Below, in pieces: positions 9,278 to 16,480 of a stretch of DNA of 32,000 bases. The stretch lies in NCBI GenBank assembly GCA_003056265.1, contig NBVN01000003.1, positions 120,001 through 152,000 of the forward strand, written 5' to 3'. The notes beneath the pieces were generated by a model. That model had not been told where the DNA came from and made no database searches. It worked only from the letters and a program-made list of their open reading frames with translations. Each line of letters begins with the position of its first letter. Within the stretch, counting starts at the first letter, position 1. The stretch comes from Zestosphaera tikiterensis. Its GTDB lineage: Archaea; Thermoproteota; Thermoprotei_A; Sulfolobales; NBVN01. The position numbers were made by a program, and so were the translations under genes.

Positions 9278-9487
9278 GTTTCTGGATTTATTTTTAGGTG
9301 TTTATTGGTGTTTTATGAATTTTATTTATATGTTATTTTGTAGTGATGTATTTTATCTGCTTTACATCTGGTTTTGTTTGAATGTTTTTGATTTTGTATA
9401 AAGTGTTTTAATTGAGTTGGTTTTACTTAATGGTGGGTTTTGTGGTGGGGTTTCATCGGTTTGAGTTCCTCTGGAGTTTTCCTAAGG

Positions 9488-9673
9488 TTATGGTTTTCCT
9501 ATTATGTATGGTGTGAGGTATGTTAATATGATTACTGAGGTTGCGAAAGCTATTGAGAGCCATATTATCGTGTATGGTTTTATACCTACTTTAGATTCTA
9601 CTTCTTCGAAAAATCTAACTAGGCCAGCACCGCTTGCCGGCCCTACCTCCCTTCTTTTTCTTCTGCTTGACAA
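9488..9673 (-). CDS. secG: Preprotein translocase subunit Sec61beta (archaeal SecG)
   Basis: The protein is 61 aa. It has a basic N-terminus, then SGAGLVRFFEE...IKP and a single C-terminal TM helix, which is the signature layout of archaeal Sec61beta. Confidence 0.85.
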   Translation of the reverse strand: MSSRRKRREVGPASGAGLVRFFEEVESKVGIKPYTIIWLSIAFATSVIILTYLTPYIIGKP

Positions 9674-9737
9674 CTTAAGCCCCTACACATCTTACTTAAG
9701 TTTAGTTATAAAGCTTTCAAATTCTCAACGACTTGAT

Positions 9738-10010
9738 TTAATGGGGTGGTTCAGGATTTAAGTATTTCTTCTTAAACGCTTCGTTTAAATCTATGTTAAG
9801 TAGGTTAGCTATAGATGCTAACCAAGCTAAAACATCCGCTATCTCCTCCTCACTCCTCTCCCTATCGTTGGATATAAGCGCTTCAGCTAACTCACCAACC
9901 TCCTCAACAAACCACGTAAAAGTTGCGTAAAGACCTCTAGCGGAATCCCTCATAAAGTAATACCTCCTCATTAAATCCTGAACCTCCTTAAGTTTTAAAT
10001 CCTCCGTCAT
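9738..10010 (-). CDS. MazG-like nucleotide pyrophosphohydrolase domain protein
   Basis: It is a 90-aa all-helical protein with EEVGELAEA...EEEIADVLAWL metal-binding EExxE/ExxD-type motifs. Confidence 0.75.
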   Translation of the reverse strand: MTEDLKLKEVQDLMRRYYFMRDSARGLYATFTWFVEEVGELAEALISNDRERSEEEIADVLAWLASIANLLNIDLNEAFKKKYLNPEPPH

Positions 10011-10184
10011 TTAAACACACCATTAAATATACGTAACTTAGTTAAAGATATATGCTATGTGATTTACAGTTGGTTGGGTTTGAAATGAAAAAGCATGATG
10101 ATGGACAGTGTGGATTAAATATAGTTTTTAGAGCGGTATTTAGTTATATAATAGTATGTTAATAGCTTTAGGGGAATAACCTCC

Positions 10185-11237
10185 CTATATGAGGAGGACC
10201 GCCGATCCTCTGATTTTAGCTCCTTTAACGAGTTTTAACGCTTTATTAACTTCCTCTAGCTTGAATGTCTTCACTTCAGGTTTGACGTTGTTTTTTAGAG
10301 CTATTGAGAGTAGTTCCTTCACGTCTTTTCTAGTTACGTTAGCAACGCTTTTAACCTCTCTTTCCATCCATAGATGTTTGACGTAGTCTAAGTTCGTCGG
10401 TGTTTGCTTTCTTATTACGTTAATCACTAACTTTCCTCCTCTCTCCAACAGCTCTAAAGCTCTACTCACCATCTCCCCTACGGGAGTGAAGTCGATGGCC
10501 CTATCTAGTTTTTTAGGTGGGTTTTCCTGCGGGTGTCCCGCCCATTCAGCACCTAACTTCCTGGCTAGGTCGCGATGTTCCTCACTCCGGCTGAATACGT
10601 ATATCTCAACGCTTGGGTATAGCTTCCTAACAACTTGAGTTATTATGTGTGCTGACGCGCCGAATCCGAAGAGACCTAATCTAAACCCATCCCTTACGTC
10701 AGCTAGCTTAAGAGCTCTATAACCAACAGCACCCGCGCAAAGCAACGGCGCTATCTCATAATCTTCTAAACCACCTTCACTCGGTATTAAATACGTGAAA
10801 TCCTCGTAAGCTGTAGTATACTCCGCGTAACCGCCGTTTATATGGCATCCCGTCCCTTTAAACTCACTGCATAAGTTCTCCAAGCCAGACCTGCAGAACC
10901 TGCAAGTACCGCAGCTCCAGCCAATCCAAGCAACACCAACTCTATCCCCTACTTTAACCCTGCCCTTAGTTTCGAACCCGACTTCCTCAACCCTACCGAC
11001 TATTTGATGACCTAAAACCAACGGTAAACTACACTCAACCCTACCCTCTATGATGTCTATATCCGTATAGCAAACACCACACGCCTTAACTCTAATTAAC
11101 ACTTGATTAGGGCCTACCTCAGGTGTTGGCAGATCCTCCAAATCTAAAGGCTCTTCTTTAAGTGGTAGGTTAGGGTAACGCCTCGGTAACCCCTCCGCAA
11201 AAACTTCAGAGTGTTCTTTAAGGACTGCCGCCCTCAA
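10185..11237 (-). CDS. Zinc-dependent alcohol dehydrogenase family protein
   Basis: It has a catalytic Zn motif (CGVCYTD...GHQIVGRVEEVG), a structural Zn loop (CGTCRFCRSGLENLC) and a Rossmann motif (GLFGFGASAH). Confidence 0.88.
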   Translation of the reverse strand: MRAAVLKEHSEVFAEGLPRRYPNLPLKEEPLDLEDLPTPEVGPNQVLIRVKACGVCYTDIDIIEGRVECSLPLVLGHQIVGRVEEVGFETKGRVKVGDRVGVAWIGWSCGTCRFCRSGLENLCSEFKGTGCHINGGYAEYTTAYEDFTYLIPSEGGLEDYEIAPLLCAGAVGYRALKLADVRDGFRLGLFGFGASAHIITQVVRKLYPSVEIYVFSRSEEHRDLARKLGAEWAGHPQENPPKKLDRAIDFTPVGEMVSRALELLERGGKLVINVIRKQTPTNLDYVKHLWMEREVKSVANVTRKDVKELLSIALKNNVKPEVKTFKLEEVNKALKLVKGAKIRGSAVLLI

Positions 11238-11295
11238 TTAACGTAACACCAGATAGATATTATTCGATACGACGTTAATTAAATTTAACCATACC

Positions 11296-12654
11296 TCAAC
11301 GAATAAACTCGGTAACCTCCATAGGTAAATCAAGGCATGCCCTCCACCTACCGTAACGTACTTCAGGCATTATCAAATGCTTAACCGCTCTATCCACCGG
11401 TACGTAAACACCTAAAGATACTTTCCTTTCCAAAGCGATTTCATCCCTAGCTAAGTTAGAAGCTTTAAAACCGCATTTAGGGCATCTCCACCCCTTACCT
11501 CGACCTAAGGACTTCATCCTATGACCGCATTTAGGGCATTTAGGGTTTAAATACTTAACCCCAACGACATCTAACACGCTTACCTTATCCACATGAAGTA
11601 CGGGCCCGAAACCCGTCCAGAACTTAACACCGCCGCAAACCTCCACGCGATCTCCATCCATTAAAGCTTGAAGTACTTTATTAAGGCCTGTTTCTTTAAA
11701 CGCTACGGCGTTAAGGGTTGAAACCCCGTCAACGATTTTAATCATTACGTCACCACCTCGTAGGGTTGAGGGCCTACCTAACACAACACCTTCAAAACAA
11801 CCTGTTTGGTAGGGTCTCACATCATCTAAAGATCTCCTCACGTGGTGGGCGTTAGTTCCTTGATTGGTTTTAAACACTGCCCAACCTTCTATCTCCTCGC
11901 AGATCTTCAACGATTTAAAAGCTTTAAGAAGTGCTTTAGGGTCCTCACCTCTAATACCTAGAAGAACTGGATTACTTCCTGAGGGGGTTATGAGCGGCTT
12001 ATCCTTGCTGTAGTCGTAGTTAAGGAAAGTTACGTGTTTAAACTCCTCATCCATAGCTTTAATCGATTCTACATCAACACACCTCTCTTTAAGGTAGTTG
12101 CTAGGATGTCTATAAACGATTAACTCATAAGTACAGTCAGGTAGGTTAACAGCTCCAACGGCGGCTAAAGCCCCTACCAAACCCCTCTTTAAACCAAGGG
12201 GTGTTTCCACACGCCCGTTTAATTCGTTAATTACGTTAACTAAGTAGTCCATATGTACGTAATCGGTTAACGCCTTAAGGTAGAGCTTCCTTAAAGGTTC
12301 CGATACTTCACCATATACGAAAGCTAAGCCTGGATCCACACCATAGCTTGTTAAGTCTTCATTAACGCGTGTGCTTACATACTTTAAAACTTCATTAACG
12401 ACGTCCTTCTTCAAACTATCTAGAAGTTCCGTCGGTACCTTAAGCCTTAAGGCTAAGGCGGCATTCCCTCTAGTTTTGAAAGGTATTGTAGGGTTTAAAC
12501 GTATTAGGTTTGGAAAATCTAAGGGTGTTACTTTAGAGTGTTTGTTAAGTATGTTCTTAAGTATTCTGTAAGTTACGTGTGTTGTACAACCTGAAAACTG
12601 CGTATCTACGTCGTCTAAGCCTATATGGACTGTCGTGTAGTCGTTAACACTCAC
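11296..12654 (-). CDS. tiaS: tRNA(Ile2) 2-agmatinylcytidine synthetase TiaS
   Basis: The N-terminus reads HIGLDDVDTQFSGCTTH. It also has FPNLIRLNPTIPFKTRGN, GLVGALAAVGA and a C-terminal Zn ribbon (CPKCGHRMKSLGRGKGWRCPKCG), matching the TiaS domain order. Confidence 0.88.
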   Translation of the reverse strand: MSVNDYTTVHIGLDDVDTQFSGCTTHVTYRILKNILNKHSKVTPLDFPNLIRLNPTIPFKTRGNAALALRLKVPTELLDSLKKDVVNEVLKYVSTRVNEDLTSYGVDPGLAFVYGEVSEPLRKLYLKALTDYVHMDYLVNVINELNGRVETPLGLKRGLVGALAAVGAVNLPDCTYELIVYRHPSNYLKERCVDVESIKAMDEEFKHVTFLNYDYSKDKPLITPSGSNPVLLGIRGEDPKALLKAFKSLKICEEIEGWAVFKTNQGTNAHHVRRSLDDVRPYQTGCFEGVVLGRPSTLRGGDVMIKIVDGVSTLNAVAFKETGLNKVLQALMDGDRVEVCGGVKFWTGFGPVLHVDKVSVLDVVGVKYLNPKCPKCGHRMKSLGRGKGWRCPKCGFKASNLARDEIALERKVSLGVYVPVDRAVKHLIMPEVRYGRWRACLDLPMEVTEFIR

Positions 12655-12905
12655 TTCTTTTGAGTTACCTCCCTACCCTCGACAACTATCATAGTTAACG
12701 TTGATCTAACGTTAGGTATCCTTCTAATCTTACTGGATATTATCTCCTTTAAAGCTTCTGTTGTCGGCGCCCTAACCTTAGCTACGATGTCGTACACACC
12801 ATACACTATATACGTTTCGGTAACCCCCTCTATAGTGCTTAATGTGTTCATAACCTCCTCTTCCGTGCCTATATCCGTGTTTATTAACACTATAGCTTCG
12901 GGCAT
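12651..12905 (-). CDS. Stand-alone Lrp/AsnC-type ligand-binding (RAM) domain protein
   Basis: The protein is 84 aa with a beta-alpha-beta-beta-alpha-beta pattern (VLINTD...V.ET.IVYG.YDIVAKV...). It overlaps the tiaS start by 4 bp. Confidence 0.7.
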   Translation of the reverse strand: MPEAIVLINTDIGTEEEVMNTLSTIEGVTETYIVYGVYDIVAKVRAPTTEALKEIISSKIRRIPNVRSTLTMIVVEGREVTQKK

Positions 12906-12973
12906 ACTTACACCCTATAAAATAAGAGGTGAGGCTATATAAATTTTAAAGAAGAACATCCTTAGGTAGGGTA

Positions 12974-13522
12974 ATGGATGTAGATTGTTTTAAACCTAAG
13001 GTGTTTGTAGTTAGGTTGGAAGGAGATAATCCGAAACTCTCGACAGCCTTGAAACTCGTTAGGTTGGGGTATGCCACCCGAATAAGCCCTCACGACATAC
13101 CTAAGAACTCCATAGTTTTAAATCCTTTATCGACGAAGGTGTTAACCCCTCAAGACAGGGGTTTAATATGTCGTTACGGTTTAGTCGTTATAGATACTTC
13201 ATGGAATACCGGTATAGAGTTGATTAAGAAGGTTGGCGATAGCGTTAAAGCACAGCATAGAGTGCTTCCAGCGTTGAAAGCTGGAAACCCGATAAACTAC
13301 GGCGTTTTAACTAAGTTAAGTAGCGTTGAAGCCGTGGCGGCAGCGCTATACATCACCGGCTTAAGAAATTACGCGTTGGAGTTACTTAATAAGTTTAAAT
13401 GGGGTCCTACCTTCATAAACCTTAACCTCGAGTACCTAGAGAGGTATTCTCAAGCACGAAACGAGGATGAAGTACTTAAAATCCAGGAGGAAATACTTAA
13501 TAAACACTTACGCGTTGAGTAA
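12974..13522 (+). CDS. tsr3: 16S rRNA aminocarboxypropyltransferase Tsr3
   Basis: It has GDNPKLSTALKL.RLG, VIDTSWN and LPALKAGNPINYG...KLSSVEAVAAALYITG, the characteristic Tsr3 (DUF367) motifs. Confidence 0.8.
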   Translation: MDVDCFKPKVFVVRLEGDNPKLSTALKLVRLGYATRISPHDIPKNSIVLNPLSTKVLTPQDRGLICRYGLVVIDTSWNTGIELIKKVGDSVKAQHRVLPALKAGNPINYGVLTKLSSVEAVAAALYITGLRNYALELLNKFKWGPTFINLNLEYLERYSQARNEDEVLKIQEEILNKHLRVE

Positions 13523-13562
13523 GCATTAAAAATAGATAATAAGGTTGAAAACTTCTTTATTT

Positions 13563-13882
13563 GGCGGAGCCGGCTGGCAACCACGGGGTAATCCTGAGGA
13601 AGCACCGCCCTCCGCGCGGCGCGGGAACCCCGTAAGGGGTGCGGGGAGACCCGCGGCTCCGGCACAGAAACGACACGGCCGCCCTCGGATGTCTATGATG
13701 CGGTGAGGACATCCCGGTAACGGGGTGTCAGTAACCCGCTGAGTATGGGGGCGGATGCGTTGAAACGGCCGCCCTCCCGGGAGTAAGGCCAAGCAACGCC
13801 TATGAAGGCCGCGTGAGGCGTGGGTAGGCCGTTTAGCTAAATGTTGCCGTAGTACAGAAGGCGGGCTATAGCCGGCACCGCC
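13563..13882 (+). ncRNA. rnpB: RNase P RNA (archaeal type-A-like, about 320 nt)
   Basis: This is a GC-rich island in AT-rich flanks. The terminal P1 helix pairs GGCGGAGCCGGC with GCCGGCACCGCC. The 5' P4 strand is CR-I-like (CCUGAGGAAGCACC) and the 3' element is CR-V-like (GUACAGAAGGCGGGCUAUAGCC). The two minus-strand ORFs here have Arg/Pro/Gly-rich junk translations. Confidence 0.8.
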
Positions 13883-14086
13883 TAAAAATGCTTTTACGTC
13901 TTTACGGCTTTCGGTGAAAGCATTATCTTAACTAAACGTTTAAAGATATATGTTTTTAAATGTCTTAATGCTTAGTAAAGTTTTTATTGTTTAAAGGTTT
14001 TCAATCTTAATAACGTCGGTAGGTGGTGTTGAATAGGTAGTGGTTTACGCGTAGGTATCGTCGGCGCTGGTAAGATAGGTACTGCT

Positions 14087-14875
14087 ATGATAAAAGCGTT
14101 TCTGCAGTGTTTTGAAGGTATTCACGTTTACGCTAGCGGTAGGAGGGATGAGACCTTAGCTAAGGCTTCTAGTTTAGGTGCTGAAGCACATAAAGATAAC
14201 GACTACGTAGTTCGTAATTCAGACGTGGTTTTCCTTAGTGTTAAACCTTATCACTTCCCAGTGCTTTACTCGCAGGTTAATAGGGACTCTTGGGAGGGTA
14301 AGGTAGTGGTTTCAGTTATGGCCGGCGTTAAATTAGAAACTCTTGAGAAGGCTTTAGTAGGTGCTGAAGTTTTCAGGGCTATGCCCAACATAAACGCGTT
14401 TGTAGGGAGGTCCACCACAGCAGTAGCTACGAATAACGCAGCAGTGAGAAATGAAAGTAGGGACTTAGTCGATAAACTCTTCAGGTGTTTAGGAACTGTA
14501 TATTGGGTTCCTGAAGAGTATTTGGATATTTGGACAGGCCTCGTAGGTAGTGGGCCGGCCTTCATAGCTGAGATAATAGATGGGCTTGTATTAGGTGCTG
14601 TAGCCTCAGGAATGTCTAGAGAGGTAGCCTACAACGCCGTATTAGATATGATCGACGGAACCGTAAAACTCCTTAAAGAGTTGAAAATCCACCCCATAGA
14701 GGTTAGAGATGAAGTTACGACACCAGCGGGGACCACGATCAACGGGTTGAAAGTCTTCGAAAGTAAAGGCGTGAAAGCAGGACTTATGGAGATAGTTGAG
14801 ACCGCATATAAAAGATCCGTTGAGATAGGTAATGAAGTCAATAAAGCAATAAAAACTAAATTACAAATGATTTAA
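14087..14875 (+). CDS. proC: Pyrroline-5-carboxylate reductase; the true start is probably upstream of the listed ATG
   Basis: The body is P5CR-like (SVKPY, MPN....G, PAFIAE, TTPAGTT). The Rossmann loop (VGIVGAGKIGTA) is encoded in frame at 14054-14086, upstream of the first ATG. See the finding. Confidence 0.8.
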   Translation: MIKAFLQCFEGIHVYASGRRDETLAKASSLGAEAHKDNDYVVRNSDVVFLSVKPYHFPVLYSQVNRDSWEGKVVVSVMAGVKLETLEKALVGAEVFRAMPNINAFVGRSTTAVATNNAAVRNESRDLVDKLFRCLGTVYWVPEEYLDIWTGLVGSGPAFIAEIIDGLVLGAVASGMSREVAYNAVLDMIDGTVKLLKELKIHPIEVRDEVTTPAGTTINGLKVFESKGVKAGLMEIVETAYKRSVEIGNEVNKAIKTKLQMI

Positions 14876-14924
14876 AACATTCCTAAGATCATTTATAAGC
14901 TCTCCCAATTTCTAATTTATACTG

Positions 14925-15001
14925 GGGCCGGTAGCTCAGCCTGGAAGAGCGCTCGGCTTGCAACCGAGAGGTCCCGGGTTCAAGTCCCGGCCGGTCCACC
15001 A
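14925..15001 (+). tRNA. tRNA-Ala (anticodon UGC), CCA encoded, no intron
   Basis: I folded the cloverleaf by hand. The acceptor GGGCCGG/CCGGTCC has the G3:U70 alanine identity pair. The D stem is GCTC/GAGC, the anticodon stem is CTCGG/CCGAG with loop CTTGCAA, and the T arm is CCGGG-TTCAAGT-CCCGG. The discriminator is A, followed by CCA. There is a TATA-like TTTATAA about 30 bp upstream. Confidence 0.95.
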
Positions 15002-15295
15002 ACCCCTCATTAAGTTAACTACGTCGCCCGCGATTTCCTTCGCTAGCCTACGTAATTTCTTCGTGGTTAATCTGTAGTTAACTGACCCGTCATCGTTAAC
15101 TACGCCCAGCTGGGTTAGCTGGTAGTGACGCACTAGAACCTCAAGAGGGGCTACGTAGTTTGTGATGACTTTACCGCCGACCCTATACTGCTCGTAGACA
15201 TAGAGCTTACCCTTAACCTTCTTAACGACGAAGCCCAAGCCAACACCCAAATATGTAGTTAACTCTGAAGGCATATTAACCCAAACCCCACCCAA
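14936..15295 (-). mobile_element. Int(N): N-terminal fragment of a partitioned SSV-type integrase, reading antisense through tRNA-Ala (att junction)
   Basis: KGKLYVYEQYRVGGKVITNYVAPLEVLVRHYQLTQLGVV resembles the SSV-type integrase N-terminus. The last about 22 codons (WWTGRDLNPGPLGCKPSALPG) are simply the reverse complement of the tRNA gene. No catalytic C-terminal part follows. The likely ATG is at 15274. Confidence 0.65.
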
Positions 15296-15378
15296 GAGAT
15301 CCTACGTAAGTTATCTATAAAAACGCTATGTAGATGTAAGAAGCAAGTTCTGAAAAACCTTGGCAACATAAATTCATG

Positions 15379-16074
15379 CTAGCGTTTAAACCATTTATCT
15401 AGTGAAATATGTTTATTATGTTCAGCTAGCTCAATTCTATTTCTTATTTCATCGGCAATTTTTCGCTGTATTTCATTGATGTTAGTTAATAAATAGTTGA
15501 GAACTCTTTCTTCGATTTCCAGTTCCTTTGCCTTGACTTTAACCATTTCCGCTATTAATTCACTATATTTATTCTCGTCCAGCTTAACTTCTATTTCCTT
15601 AGCCAGCTCCTCGACTTTGTGTTTATATTCGTCGCTCTTTAATACATCCCGTATTTTTACTAGCCTTTCGTCTATTGGCATGTTCCCACTTGAGTGAAAT
15701 AGTTCGGATTTCAATATAATTTCAGCTAACTTTCTCGGATTCCTTAAGGTAGCTATGTAGTCCAGCATGTCATGCAGGTCTACTGCTAATCTACACTCTT
15801 CTTTATTATAATACTTACTACAAATGGTCAACACCATATTCCTTCTACCTTTACTACCACGACTCCAATCATGCCCGATAAAACCTGCCTCTATTAACTC
15901 ATAGAAAACCCTCTTATCATCTTCACTACTTAAACGGTCCGTAGCTTTAGATGGCTCATCAATCAATTTATTAACAAATCGAGCAACATCCTCACTAACA
16001 CCTAGACAACGAGCCAACTTCACGTGAAGCTTCCAAGAAGGCATTGTAATCAGCCTCTCACTAGCACCACTCAA
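15379..16074 (-). CDS. Hypothetical protein with His/Asp-rich N-terminal domain (SWKLH...GHDW...DLHDMLDY) and a C-terminal coiled coil
   Basis: The ORF has spaced H, HD and HD motifs suggestive of a metal-dependent hydrolase fold, and the C-terminal 80 aa are charged heptads. The probable start is the ATG at 16044 (MPSWKLH). Confidence 0.5.
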   Translation of the reverse strand: MSGASERLITMPSWKLHVKLARCLGVSEDVARFVNKLIDEPSKATDRLSSEDDKRVFYELIEAGFIGHDWSRGSKGRRNMVLTICSKYYNKEECRLAVDLHDMLDYIATLRNPRKLAEIILKSELFHSSGNMPIDERLVKIRDVLKSDEYKHKVEELAKEIEVKLDENKYSELIAEMVKVKAKELEIEERVLNYLLTNINEIQRKIADEIRNRIELAEHNKHISLDKWFKR

Positions 16075-16480
16075 ATTAAATTGTTAGTTTCCAATTTCTT
16101 GTTAGTTATTTTCTTTAAAACATTCACCATTTTAAAAATAGTAACACGAGTAACGTGATTAGAGTTGCTAGTCCTATAAGAGATATGGATATTTTCTTCT
16201 TATGATATCTAATATCACTTCAACGTTGTTGCTTCCTACGGGTACGTCTATCTCCTCCTTGTTGGCTTTGACAGTTCATTATATGGTTAATGATTAATTA
16301 TAAACGACCTTACACCTATGTCTTTAAATTCAAATAAATAAAGTAGTTTTGACTTCCTCAGTTATCGAGACAGAAACATATCCAGTTTAGCTATGACGCC
16401 TCATTGTGATAAATGCCTTTATCACTTTAAAAATTATCGTAAAGGCTTTACTGGAATCTCGCAGTATATTTAGTCAGCAC

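Noticed and set aside
7673-10101. C-box-like strings (TGATGA at 7673-7678 and ATGATGA at 10095-10101) in intergenic DNA, checked for C/D box sRNAs.
   Set aside because: There is no CTGA D box at the expected distance of about 50-60 nt, no internal C'/D' boxes and no terminal stem.
13450-13792. Two minus-strand ORFs (71 and 88 aa) in the GC-rich block after tsr3.
   Set aside because: They overlap the RNase P RNA gene. Their Arg/Pro/Gly/Ala-rich translations are what random frames of GC-rich structured RNA give.
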